From Deinococcus sp. (lineage in GTDB: Bacteria; Deinococcota; Deinococci; Deinococcales; Deinococcaceae), in assembly GCA_965261005.1 (NCBI GenBank), contig OZ253375.1:2368001-2432000 (forward strand): DNA of 64,000 nucleotides. Reading direction: 5' to 3'. Below are positions 31,489 through 41,333 of this stretch, piece by piece. Every line of letters starts with the position of its first letter. The stretch's first letter is position 1. Under the pieces are notes generated by a model. That model saw nothing but the letters and a program-made list of their open reading frames with translations, was not told the origin of the DNA and did not search any database. A program made the position numbers and the translations under genes.

Positions 31489-33509
31489 TCGACGCCCACC
31501 ACATGCTGGTCAGACACGATCAGGCCTTGCGGCGGCAGCGGCAAGCTGCCGGACAGCGGCGTCTTCAGCTCGGGTTGGCCGGGCTGGGTCAAGTAGAGTT
31601 GCACGTCCTCCACGAAGTCCACGCCGGGAATGGCGCGCAGCAAGCTGTACAGTTCGGCCACGCTCAGAGGACGGCCGAATTCCCAGCCGCTGCCCGCCGG
31701 GCCACCGGTGTGCGGATTGAGATAACGGTAGAGCGAATGCTCGGCGTCGCGGCGCACCTCGGCCCTCAGTGCGCGCGAGGCGCCGCTGGGCACGCGCAAC
31801 AGGCCATGCACCGATACCCAGAAATAGTGCGGCGAGCGCACTTCCAAGGTGGTGCCCACCAGGCGGCGCTCGTCCAGAAAGTTCTGCACGCTGGCGCGCA
31901 GTTCGGCCGACAAGGTGAGCTGGTCGGGGGGAATGCGCCCGCCCGACACCTCGATGCGCGGCAGCACCACCACGCTGACTTGGCCGGGCTGGACGTCAAG
32001 GGCGCGGATTTGGCCGGGATAGCTGTGGGCGCTCGCGAGGGCGGCGTGCTGTGGGGTGATGCAGCGCGCGCGCGACACTCCCTCCACTTGGGCGGCCAGA
32101 TACTCGAAATCGTCGGCGGTCACGGCGCGGGTGCGGGTCCTGAGCACCATGGGTACCCGGTTCATGGCGTCGTCAAGGCGCTGGGCGTCCCGGCCGCCCA
32201 GCGCCGGGCCATGGTTGATCACGCGCGCCACGTAGGGAATGGAGGACTTGAGCACGCTCACGGTGCCCGGCGGCACATTACCGGCCATGCCGCCGCCATG
32301 GGCGTAGCGTTTCACGCGTAACGCGGCGCCCTTGGGCGGCACCGCGCCGTAGCGGTACACCGTACCGTCGGGCTGAATCAGGGCCGGTCCAAAGGTGAGG
32401 CTGCCGTCCAGGGGATCGAGCTTGAAGTGGAAGTCGTCCGGCCCCGACTCAGCAAAGTCGGGAACGCTTCGCCACGCCCGGGGCGCCTCACCGGGCATTT
32501 CGCTGACCACGTGTTCGCCTGCCGGGTCGAGCCACAGCACCGGGCTGTACAGCAGCTTAAAGGCTTGCCCCGGCGTGCCGTCGCTGCGGCCCAGCAGTTC
32601 GCCATGAACCACGGTGGCGTGGCGGCAAGAGACGCTGGCGCCGCGCGCTTCGGCGCGCAAACTCTCGATGTCCGGCGACACCTTGTAGCCGGCGTAATTT
32701 TGCTCGCTGGTCAGCCGGCAGCGCAGCCAATACCCGCGCTGGCCGAAGAACTCCTCTTCGGTCAAGGTTGGCAGGCGAACGATCAGCTCGCCGGAGACGT
32801 TGAAGGCCGCCGTGCCGTCGTATTCGACCGCGCAGGCGACCCAGCGGCTGAGGCCGCCTTGCCACGCTTCCCACACGAAGGGCGGCTCTTTGGGATTCAC
32901 GCCCGCGCCGCCGGCGACCTCACACTGCATCACCAAGGCCAGCACGTGCTGGCTGTGATCGTCTTCAAAAGACAGATAAAAGGCGTCGCCGGCGACCGGC
33001 TCGGGCGAAAAGACGGCGACCTTGTGACCGAGCACGCCGAGGCGCGACAAGTCGTGCGTTCTCAGCTCGGCGCCCTCCGCTTGCAGCGCGTTGGCGCTGT
33101 AGGCGCCCTTGAGGCGCGGCGGAACGATGGACAACGCGTCCTCGGTCGAAAAAACGATGGCCTCGGACACCTCGGTTCGCACGGTGGCGACCTCGGTGCC
33201 GGCGGGCACCGTGATGGTCACGTCCTGCGGGGCCGACAGGTAAAAGGTGATCGGCACGACCGCCGCGCGCGGCGGGTCGAGCGACAAGCCGATCAATTCC
33301 AGGAACTTCACGAACATCTTGTCCGGCACTTGGTTGACGCGGTAAAGCAGCAAGTCGGTCATCCAAGCGAAGATCTCGATCAGGGCGATGCCGGGGTCAG
33401 AGGTGTTGTGGTCGGTCCACTCCGGGCAGTACTGCGGAATCAGTTGTTTGGCTTGGTCGACGAGGTCGTCGAAACGGCGGTCGTCGAGGTTGACGGTGGG
33501 AAGCGGCAC
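31485..33509 (-). CDS. CIS baseplate J-like wedge protein (Afp11-type)
   Basis: LDDRRFDDLV, PEWTDHN.SDPG, RAVTADDFE and GWEFGR motifs. Confidence 0.92.
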   Translation of the reverse strand: MPLPTVNLDDRRFDDLVDQAKQLIPQYCPEWTDHNTSDPGIALIEIFAWMTDLLLYRVNQVPDKMFVKFLELIGLSLDPPRAAVVPITFYLSAPQDVTITVPAGTEVATVRTEVSEAIVFSTEDALSIVPPRLKGAYSANALQAEGAELRTHDLSRLGVLGHKVAVFSPEPVAGDAFYLSFEDDHSQHVLALVMQCEVAGGAGVNPKEPPFVWEAWQGGLSRWVACAVEYDGTAAFNVSGELIVRLPTLTEEEFFGQRGYWLRCRLTSEQNYAGYKVSPDIESLRAEARGASVSCRHATVVHGELLGRSDGTPGQAFKLLYSPVLWLDPAGEHVVSEMPGEAPRAWRSVPDFAESGPDDFHFKLDPLDGSLTFGPALIQPDGTVYRYGAVPPKGAALRVKRYAHGGGMAGNVPPGTVSVLKSSIPYVARVINHGPALGGRDAQRLDDAMNRVPMVLRTRTRAVTADDFEYLAAQVEGVSRARCITPQHAALASAHSYPGQIRALDVQPGQVSVVVLPRIEVSGGRIPPDQLTLSAELRASVQNFLDERRLVGTTLEVRSPHYFWVSVHGLLRVPSGASRALRAEVRRDAEHSLYRYLNPHTGGPAGSGWEFGRPLSVAELYSLLRAIPGVDFVEDVQLYLTQPGQPELKTPLSGSLPLPPQGLIVSDQHVVGVE

Positions 33510-33511
33510 GC

Positions 33512-33913
33512 TCAGACGCCCACTTCGGTGGGCACGCGGTAAAAGGGAAACACCAAGGAGTGCTCGGCGTAGGTGTCGCGCATGCGGTAACGGATGTCCA
33601 CGAACATGCGCTCGGGGTGCATCTCGTCGATGCGGGCGTTCACCTGTGACACCTCAATGCGTGGCTCCCAAGCGCGCAACGCCTCGTCCACGTAGTACGA
33701 CGCCAGTCCCAAGGTGCTGGCGTCGTTGGGCGCGAACAACAGGTCGTGAATCTGACAACCAAAGTTCGGGCGCATGACACGCTGTCCCTTTGGCGTCATG
33801 AGGATCAGCAAGATGGACTGCTCGACGGCCTGCTCAAAATGCACCATTGCGATGCGTCCACGCGCATTCACCCCGATTGGAAATGCCCAGCCAGCCCCCA
33901 AATGGTCTTTCAC
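33512..33913 (-). CDS. gp25/GPW sheath initiator (Afp9-type)
   Basis: LG.GWAFP, T.KGQRVMRP.FGC, WEPRI and LVFPFY motifs. Confidence 0.92.
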   Translation of the reverse strand: MKDHLGAGWAFPIGVNARGRIAMVHFEQAVEQSILLILMTPKGQRVMRPNFGCQIHDLLFAPNDASTLGLASYYVDEALRAWEPRIEVSQVNARIDEMHPERMFVDIRYRMRDTYAEHSLVFPFYRVPTEVGV

Positions 33914-34117
33914 AACAAGGTTCTCCCATGGTGTCTTCGGCGTGATGTGTCTGGCGCGTGCTGTGTGTCTTTAAGACGTCCGGCACGCTGAACTCAGTTT
34001 AGCAAAAGGCTTTGCGCGTGGGAGAAAACATGACCGAGTATGTTCGTGGACGCGGCCAGCCGCTACAAGTTGACCGCCTTGCCCGGTCCTCTCACTTGGC
34101 TTTGAAAGGGGTAGACC

Positions 34118-37100
34118 TCACATGCTCCTTTTTCCCGTGCGGCGCAACTCGGTGGCCAAGCGACGTTTCAGCAGGCCATACACCTGCTGAGCGAGCTGGT
34201 CGAGATCTGGTCCGGCCTCATTCGCGCGGGCGTCCACGCCGTTTGGCTTGAGGGTTGGCTTCGCGCTTGGACCGGATGTTGCGTTGGTATTGGAGGCGCC
34301 ACTGGAAACAGGCTCGTCAGTAACGGTGCGTTCAAGGCCAGCGGCTTGTACACCCAGCAATGGCGACGCGGACGCTGCGGCGGACATGGTCGGCACGAAT
34401 GTGGTCGGCGCCGACATGACTGCGTGCTGATCGGCAGGCCGGCTTGTTCCCGGAGGTGTCGCGGCACCCCGGGTGGGCGTAGGACTCGCCGTATCCCAAA
34501 AGGGCAGCGGATCCCACGGGGCGGGCAAACCACCCCATGCCTTGTCGGGAGCTTCTGGAGCGCGCCGAACTGCATCAGACTGGGCCGCATCAGATCGGGC
34601 TGCATAGGGCTGGGCTGTATATGGCTGAGCTGCGTCCGGCCGTTTGTTTCCCAGCGCCGCCGCTTTGAAATACGCTCGCACGCGGCCTTCGACTTGCTGG
34701 GCCAGCGCCTCCTCGCTCTCCGGCCGGGTGTCCGCTGGCCGGCCGGCGGACCGCGTCCGGTGACTGCGGGCGACGACCGGAACAAAGTCAGGGTCGCGTG
34801 TCCGAACCACGTGGGTCAGCTCGTGGGCCAACACGCCCAGCGTGCGCGGCGAGTTGAGGTCGTGGCCAGGGGCGAGCAGCACGGCGTCGCCAACCGCCAA
34901 AGCCTCGGCGGCGGCGGCGGCGGTGGCCTCGGCGGCTTCGGGACCGCGCAGCAACCGCACGCCCGCCACATCGGCGCCCAGCAGCGGGGCCAGCCGCGCA
35001 CGCACGCCTTCAGGAAGCGTTTCCACCGGCTGGTCCGCCCGCAACGCCTGATTCAGGGCGCGCTGAAGGGTGAGGTGTTGGGGGGCGCTCGCCGCCGAAT
35101 GGCTTGGCGCCAACTGGGTGGGCGCCCGTTTGGCCGGCACAGGACGTGGAGGCGTCCCGCCTGCCGAAGTCGGATCTGGCGGCGTGGCGTGTGTCACGCG
35201 GCCCGCAGACGAGGTGCGCGGACGGGCAAGCTGAACCCTTGATCCTGCGAAGAAAGGCTCGGGCGGCGAAGTGGAGTCTTCTTCGCGAGACGTTTCCTGA
35301 ACGCGCGACAGGAACGTTGGAGCGCTGAATTGAGCGCTCGCCCCCTGACGCTCCAAGCTGCTTTCGGCCGCGGCGGGCTGTTGAGGCGCCACGGGCGCGG
35401 CTTGGCCGGACGCCGCGTCCGTATATAGCAGCTGCGCAGTCTCACCGCCGCCTGATTCCAAAAGGAGAACGTCGGCCACCGGGAAGGTCGTGGGATGTTT
35501 GGACGGCGCCTCTCCAAGAGGTTCGGGGCCAAGTAGGTCGTGTGGCCTGCTTTCCGGCGGACGCGGCGTTGTGACCTTGTTCAGCGTTGCGGCGTCGAGC
35601 ACCAAAGGCGTCGTACCAAGTGCAGATGGAACGCCCTGCCCCCCACTCCGAAGCGCCGTCTGTTTCTCGTCCGGCGCGAGGGCGAGGACTTCGTCCACCG
35701 TCCGCTCCTCGCGCTTCTCTCCGCCGCTCAGCGGACCCGTCGTCTCTGCCGTCCGTCCCGCTTTGGCGAGATCTTGAGTGATGAGGGGTGGGCCTGGAAT
35801 TCGCATTGGCGCTTCAAAAGGGCTTTCTCCGGGGGTTCGTTGCGGGGAGAGGTCAACGGCCCGTTGCGGTTGATCGGTTTCGGCCTGTTCGAGCAGCGCC
35901 CGAGCATTGTCGTGGGTGGCGCCGGACGTTTCCCTCGTTCCCCTGGAGGGCCAATTCAGAATTTGGTCGTAGGACAAGGGTTCAAAGGTGCTTTCGCCGC
36001 TGATCTCGCTTTCAAATACCTTGTTCAGCCGGGTCAACCAGACTTGCGCCTCTTCGGGCGTCGTAGTTGGTAGGACTGCTTCGGTGCCGCTTTCGCCGCC
36101 GAGGCGCTCCATCAAGGCCGTCAGCTCCTCGCGCGCCGGCTCGCTGGAGCTCGGCTGGGTCGAAACTGGCTCAGCCGGACTTGCCTGGGCTTGACCACGC
36201 TGAATTTGGTAGAGCGTTGGAGCTGTGGGTGAGAACACCGTCTCGCTGGGTTCTGACGCCGCCTCCAAGAACGCTGCCGCCGTCAAGGTGTGGTCTGACG
36301 TCTGGCCGGGCGACGGCGGCCCTGACGGCAGCGATCCCCGCTCTGGTCGAGGACGAGCTTGACCCGCGATACCGAGCTGCGTTGGCCCGATAAATGCAGC
36401 GTCTTCTGTGGGCGTTTGGGGCGTTGGCATAGTTGAAACTTCTGCCCCGGACGTGCTTCCATCCGGTTCGCTCGCCTCTGTTTGGACGGCGACCTGCTGC
36501 TCTCTGGCCGCTCCGCCGTCCAAGCCGTCTTTCGTCAACGTGGCTGACTCCGGCAGAGGCGGCTGGCTCAAGGAAGATGGAGGAACGCTGACGCCCGCAG
36601 GAACATTCACTTCGGCATGACCGCTGGTCAACACCTGTGGACGTCCTGGTTGGAGCGCCCTATCCGGCCCGAATGCCGTAGAGATCTGTTCAGCTTCCAA
36701 GGAAGTTTCTTGCGATACGTCCCGCTTGGTCACCACATGCGCTCTCTGGGCCGGTACGCTCATGCTGGTTGAAACTTCTTCTCTTCCGGCTTGCGTGGTG
36801 AGCGTCCGTTGAATGGATACCGTCCGGCTTGGCACGGCGCGAGGAACGGGAACTGCCGTCTGCACGCCGCTTGCCGGGGCCAAGAGCTGGCCCGGCTCCG
36901 GCTGTCGGGACAAAAACGCGTCCGTGTTACCCGTAACGGGTTTGGTTTGCGGGTTGGTTTCCGGCTCAGGTCCGCTTGAGCGCGACGGAACTTGATACCC
37001 GCGATCCCGCGCCGCCGCGTCGCTTTGAACGGCTGTTCGTCTCGGCTCGCGCTCAGATGGTGAAGCAGGATCGTAAATTCGAGCGGTCTTGGGTGGCGCC

Positions 37101-39583
37101 CCAAGGCGCGCCGGCGACGCCGTTTGACCCACTTCTTGAGACGTGACGAGTGGCCTCGCCTGTTGTGGAGCAGGGGAGACTGAAATAGGCGAGGCTTGAA
37201 CGATTTCAGCTCGCCTTGACGCCCCGCTGGCCTCATTTTTGATCCTGCTTGGCGAGGTTACAGAGGAGGTACGAGTAAGTTTTTGTTCAAAGCCGTCCGG
37301 TCGGGAAGGCGCCGGCCCTTGCGCGGGCGTCTCGACGGTTTCGAGCAAAGCGCCGCCTTGGTGAAAACCGGCGTCGGAAGAACCTTGCGACACCCCTATA
37401 CCCGCGCCTAGAACCGGCGTCGTCCCTCTTTGGAGCGCCGCCGCCCTGACGGGAAGAAGCGGCCCGTTTCCGGCGCTGTTTATTAAAGCAGTGCTTATTG
37501 GAACACTGCGTTCCACACGTTGGCTTGGCTCGTTCTCCAGAATCCGTGCGGCGCCATCACCCACAGCCTTGGAAAGCTTGGCCGCTGTATGGCGGAAATC
37601 TTCTGACTCGCGGGGTGTGGAGAACGATCTCGCCGTTGGCAACACGGTCAGGTTCGATTCCGGCCAAGCTTGTGGCGCTGTCAAGCCTGCGGGAGACGCC
37701 GGCGGCGTGTTGTCCGCGCCCACCATGCCATGCTCTTCGCGCGCTGGGAGCCGGGCGACGACATTGACCGCTCTCGGCTCAGAAGAAGCCTGGGACGCGG
37801 CCAGCCCGGCAAAGGAAGGAAGCGCTTCGCTGTGGATTGGCGCGTCCTTGATGTACGACGCGTCGTGGGCAGGGTGAAGGTCGGGCCTCAGGGGCAAAAT
37901 GGACGGTGTGACCGGCTGCCCAGCGGGCAGGCTTGGGGAGTTGCCGGACTCGGCCTGAACATTTGGCGGCGCGACTGGCAGTGTGCCGTCGGTTGTAAAG
38001 TCGCCCGAAGGCTCTTTTGGCCCTGGGACGACTAGGAGCGCTTCGTTCGGCCTCACCCCAAGCGCGGGCAAAACACCGCCACTTGGAGAAAGAAGTGAGG
38101 GCGGCGTTGAGGAGGTCAAGTCCGCCCTGGAAAAGGACGCCTCGCGCTGATGGACTTGACGGTCTGCGGACCGGCGCGTTTCTTCTTGAAGGGCCGGTGT
38201 CATGGAAAGTGGCGCGTCTTCGGGCGGTCGCCGCAAAGCCAACTCCCGCTCGGGCACTTCCGAGAGCGGTTCATTTTCGGCTTCCGGCTCGACCGTAACC
38301 GCGCGCCTGAGTAATTCGGCCGTTGAACCGCCGTCAAGCGCCGCTTCTCCGGGATGGGCTTGTTGGTGATCGGTCTCAGCGTCAGGAGCTACCGGACTCT
38401 TTTTTTTTGACCAGTTCAGGATTTGGTCGTAGGACAAGGGTTCAAAAGCGCTTTCACCGCCCAGCTCGCTTTCGGACACCTTGTTCAGCCGGGCCAACCA
38501 GGATTGTGCCTCTTCGGGCGTCGTGGTTGGCAAGACCGCTTCGGGCGCCGCCTCGACGGGCGCTTTGAACGGCACCGGCCGCGGACGGCGCGGCATGACC
38601 ATTTCAATGCCGCTTTCGCCGCCGAGGCGCTCCATCAAGGCCGTCAGCTCCTCGCGCGTCGGCTCGCTGAAGCTTGGCTGAGTCGAAGCCGGCTCAACCC
38701 GCTCCGGTTCAGCGGGACTTGGTTCAGCAAGACTCGGTTCGGTCGGGTCGGGCTGAACTGAATTTTGCTGAACTGGAGCCGGCACATCGGGTATGGACGG
38801 CATCATGGTCTCGGATGTGGCGGCGTTCAGCAACGCTGTCGTGGACGCCATGGCCGGCTCAACGGATGCTGGCGCCGGTGGTGCCGGCGTGTCTTGCGGG
38901 GTGTCTTGGGCCGACGGCGGTTGTTGCGGTTCCGGGCGCAGTTCGGGGCTTGACGTCAGCCGGCTCTCAGGATCCGGTGCCCCGACGTCCGGCTGGGACT
39001 TGATCTGACCAATGACGGCCGGCGCTTGATCGGCGGGTACGGGGCGATCTTGAAAGATTGGGGCGGGCGTTGGTTGAAGGGGAAGTGGCTGAAGCTGAAC
39101 GGGCGCCGGGGTGGGAGAAACGTCGTGTGAAGCTGGCTGGGCTGGTTGTTGGGTTGGTTGCGGCGCGCGCTGATTGAGGGCCAGCACATCGGCAAAGGTG
39201 AGCGGCAGGGCAGCGCGGCGCGCTGGTCCGGAGGGCGTCCCTGCCGTGAACGTGCTTTCCTTCGCGACATCTGCTTGAGGCGCGGGCGCCCCGGGCAGTT
39301 CAGCTTGGAGCATGGCTGGGGTCGGCGAAGAGAGCGGCGCTTGGGCGGACACCACCGGAAACGCTTCACTCAACGGTTCGGTCGCCCTCGTCAAAAGCGT
39401 GTCCGGCTCAAAAGACGCCGCTCCATGCTTAAGCCGCGCGGCCACATACAAGCGGGCGCGCGCCGGGAAATCCGTAGCCGAAACACTTGTAAAAGGCGTT
39501 CCGGCGGTCGCATCAGTAAAAATAACCGTAAAGTGCTCTCGGTAATGGCGCAACTGCGCCGCACGTTCTTGCAGGGTGCTCAA
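34118..39583 (-). CDS. Very large Pro/Ser/Glu-rich protein with C-terminal DUF4157 (eCIS core) domain
   Basis: LP..VR.RL...LG.D...VR...AEALAVG...LAHELTHV; 5.4-kb uninterrupted frame. Confidence 0.8.
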   Translation of the reverse strand: MSTLQERAAQLRHYREHFTVIFTDATAGTPFTSVSATDFPARARLYVAARLKHGAASFEPDTLLTRATEPLSEAFPVVSAQAPLSSPTPAMLQAELPGAPAPQADVAKESTFTAGTPSGPARRAALPLTFADVLALNQRAPQPTQQPAQPASHDVSPTPAPVQLQPLPLQPTPAPIFQDRPVPADQAPAVIGQIKSQPDVGAPDPESRLTSSPELRPEPQQPPSAQDTPQDTPAPPAPASVEPAMASTTALLNAATSETMMPSIPDVPAPVQQNSVQPDPTEPSLAEPSPAEPERVEPASTQPSFSEPTREELTALMERLGGESGIEMVMPRRPRPVPFKAPVEAAPEAVLPTTTPEEAQSWLARLNKVSESELGGESAFEPLSYDQILNWSKKKSPVAPDAETDHQQAHPGEAALDGGSTAELLRRAVTVEPEAENEPLSEVPERELALRRPPEDAPLSMTPALQEETRRSADRQVHQREASFSRADLTSSTPPSLLSPSGGVLPALGVRPNEALLVVPGPKEPSGDFTTDGTLPVAPPNVQAESGNSPSLPAGQPVTPSILPLRPDLHPAHDASYIKDAPIHSEALPSFAGLAASQASSEPRAVNVVARLPAREEHGMVGADNTPPASPAGLTAPQAWPESNLTVLPTARSFSTPRESEDFRHTAAKLSKAVGDGAARILENEPSQRVERSVPISTALINSAGNGPLLPVRAAALQRGTTPVLGAGIGVSQGSSDAGFHQGGALLETVETPAQGPAPSRPDGFEQKLTRTSSVTSPSRIKNEASGASRRAEIVQASPISVSPAPQQARPLVTSQEVGQTASPARLGAPPKTARIYDPASPSEREPRRTAVQSDAAARDRGYQVPSRSSGPEPETNPQTKPVTGNTDAFLSRQPEPGQLLAPASGVQTAVPVPRAVPSRTVSIQRTLTTQAGREEVSTSMSVPAQRAHVVTKRDVSQETSLEAEQISTAFGPDRALQPGRPQVLTSGHAEVNVPAGVSVPPSSLSQPPLPESATLTKDGLDGGAAREQQVAVQTEASEPDGSTSGAEVSTMPTPQTPTEDAAFIGPTQLGIAGQARPRPERGSLPSGPPSPGQTSDHTLTAAAFLEAASEPSETVFSPTAPTLYQIQRGQAQASPAEPVSTQPSSSEPAREELTALMERLGGESGTEAVLPTTTPEEAQVWLTRLNKVFESEISGESTFEPLSYDQILNWPSRGTRETSGATHDNARALLEQAETDQPQRAVDLSPQRTPGESPFEAPMRIPGPPLITQDLAKAGRTAETTGPLSGGEKREERTVDEVLALAPDEKQTALRSGGQGVPSALGTTPLVLDAATLNKVTTPRPPESRPHDLLGPEPLGEAPSKHPTTFPVADVLLLESGGGETAQLLYTDAASGQAAPVAPQQPAAAESSLERQGASAQFSAPTFLSRVQETSREEDSTSPPEPFFAGSRVQLARPRTSSAGRVTHATPPDPTSAGGTPPRPVPAKRAPTQLAPSHSAASAPQHLTLQRALNQALRADQPVETLPEGVRARLAPLLGADVAGVRLLRGPEAAEATAAAAAEALAVGDAVLLAPGHDLNSPRTLGVLAHELTHVVRTRDPDFVPVVARSHRTRSAGRPADTRPESEEALAQQVEGRVRAYFKAAALGNKRPDAAQPYTAQPYAARSDAAQSDAVRRAPEAPDKAWGGLPAPWDPLPFWDTASPTPTRGAATPPGTSRPADQHAVMSAPTTFVPTMSAAASASPLLGVQAAGLERTVTDEPVSSGASNTNATSGPSAKPTLKPNGVDARANEAGPDLDQLAQQVYGLLKRRLATELRRTGKRSM

Positions 39584-39623
39584 GTGGGGCCTCCGGCGTC
39601 AAGCAATCAAGGGCGTCAAGCGG

Positions 39624-40121
39624 TTAAAAGTCGACGGAGAGGATGCCCGAGTGCGCCAACTCAATGCTTTCGATGGCGACCGCTTGGCCGTTCGCCGCGA
39701 GTTGTGGACCAACCCACTTGACGGGAAAGGCGTTTTGCAAGCTCCAGGCAATCAAACGCTCGCCGCTGGTGGCATACATGGTCACTTGAACCGTGCGCAA
39801 GTCCATCACGCCCTGCGCGATGAGCGTGTGCCACCGGAACAATTCGTTGTCCTTGGTGACGCCGCGCTTCAGGGTGATGTTGCCAGCCTTGGTGTGTCCT
39901 GGAAGACGGTAAACAAAAAGGTTATTGCCGCCCTCGACGTATTCGATAACTTCAGTCTCCATTTGTAAGCCGTTTACCTCTGAAAATACGGCCCGCTCGG
40001 TGTCGCCGTCAATTTTAACGTAGTACCGGCAGTTGAGGTTGGCCTGAAAACGGTCATTCTTGTGTTGTTTGGCGTGCTGCCGGGCGGCGCCGGGGACGAT
40101 TACCGTTGGATTACTTGCCAC
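39624..40121 (-). CDS. T4 gp19-like tail tube protein (minor tube, Afp5-type)
   Basis: FSEVNGL..E.EV..Y.EGG.N, ITLKRG and W....AFP.KW.GP motifs. Confidence 0.9.
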   Translation of the reverse strand: MASNPTVIVPGAARQHAKQHKNDRFQANLNCRYYVKIDGDTERAVFSEVNGLQMETEVIEYVEGGNNLFVYRLPGHTKAGNITLKRGVTKDNELFRWHTLIAQGVMDLRTVQVTMYATSGERLIAWSLQNAFPVKWVGPQLAANGQAVAIESIELAHSGILSVDF

Positions 40122-40133
40122 CTCGAAACCTCC

Positions 40134-40310
40134 TTACTTGCTTTGAGCGCTGGACGCACTCCGCGCACGGTACAGACGTACGTCTTCGAGCCACAATCGG
40201 TAGACCTTCTCTGCCAGCGCCTCCACGTCTATGCCGCTTGGGCGCGTTGATTGCACCTGAGTGCCAACTGCCGTCAGATTGCCCGCTTTGCCATGTGCCG
40301 GCTCACTCAT
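40134..40310 (-). CDS. Small CIS-associated protein (58 aa)
   Basis: ATGA overlap, GGAGG RBS, IDVEALAEKVYRL motif. Confidence 0.6.
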   Translation of the reverse strand: MSEPAHGKAGNLTAVGTQVQSTRPSGIDVEALAEKVYRLWLEDVRLYRARSASSAQSK

Positions 40311-40732
40311 ACGGAGACCGCCTCCCCTTCCTCGGGAGCAAGGTCTAGCACCAACTCGGTCCCACAATGCGGACAGCGCGTTTCGATGCTGCCGGGTAAG
40401 GCTGGCGAGTCTGAAAAGCTGACCGTCCCCCCGGCGCCTGAGACCGCATTGATGGCAGCATAAAAAGCTTGCAGGTAAGCAAAGTCGGCGGCGTACAGAC
40501 CTGCGATCACGTCCGGCGTCACATGTGTGAGCGCGCCCAAACGGCGCACCACCCGGCCGAGCAGCAACAAACCGAAGTACGCCTCGTTGCCCTTCACCCG
40601 GGGATCGCTGAGTGGCTCGATCTCATCAAGCGCGGTCGCGAGACGCATGACACCGTTGACGTGGACACCGCCCGCCGCGTCCACGTATCCTACCGGTAAA
40701 TTGAACTCGAATTCCGTCCGCCGACCCGTCAC
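40307..40732 (-). CDS. CIS tail-assembly chaperone-like protein
   Basis: TEFEF.LP.GYVD..G..H..G.MRLATA.DEI, D..YLQ.FY..IN and CPHC motifs. Confidence 0.8.
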   Translation of the reverse strand: MTGRRTEFEFNLPVGYVDAAGGVHVNGVMRLATALDEIEPLSDPRVKGNEAYFGLLLLGRVVRRLGALTHVTPDVIAGLYAADFAYLQAFYAAINAVSGAGGTVSFSDSPALPGSIETRCPHCGTELVLDLAPEEGEAVSV

Positions 40733-40861
40733 CTTGTCACCCAGTTTCTGAAAACTCCCTCGTTCATATATTAGGCTTCCTAAACTCTAGAGGAACCAGC
40801 CGGCGTGCCCAATCGGGCCGCCGGCCAAAACGGTGGGTGCGAGAGCGCGCACCCGAGCAGG

Positions 40862-41305
40862 TCACTTGGTGCGGCGGTAACCGTGATGCGTGACGGTGAG
40901 TTCTTCGATGGCGACCTCATTGGTCTTGGCGTCGTAGGTAGGACCGTTGAGCTTGCTGGGCCAAGCCATGTCAATGGTCCACTCGGCGATGGGGTCGCCC
41001 TTTTGATTGAACAGGGTGATGGTGCCGCTGCGGCGCGCGCCGGTTACGTCGCCATCCTCAACCTGCTTGCGCCACTGCCACATGTCCATGTCCGTGGTGA
41101 TGCCGCGCTTGAGCACGATGTCGTTGTACTTCATGGTGCCTGGCTCGCGCACCAAGATGGGCTTGCCGTTGGCGTCGGTGGCGCGATATTCCACCACCTG
41201 GCTCTCCGAACCGAGGCCGGTGCACTCCCGAAAAGCACCCTTCACCCCGTTTTGAAAGTCCACGCCGAAATACGCCGCTACCAGTGGATCTGCTACTCCC
41301 GTCAT
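40862..41305 (-). CDS. T4 gp19-like major tail tube protein (Afp1-type)
   Basis: F.EC.GL.SE..V.EYR, IVLKRG and AWPSK..GP...A....VAIEE motifs. Confidence 0.92.
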   Translation of the reverse strand: MTGVADPLVAAYFGVDFQNGVKGAFRECTGLGSESQVVEYRATDANGKPILVREPGTMKYNDIVLKRGITTDMDMWQWRKQVEDGDVTGARRSGTITLFNQKGDPIAEWTIDMAWPSKLNGPTYDAKTNEVAIEELTVTHHGYRRTK

Positions 41306-41333
41306 CCCTGTTCCCCCTTACCTTCTTGTGAAA

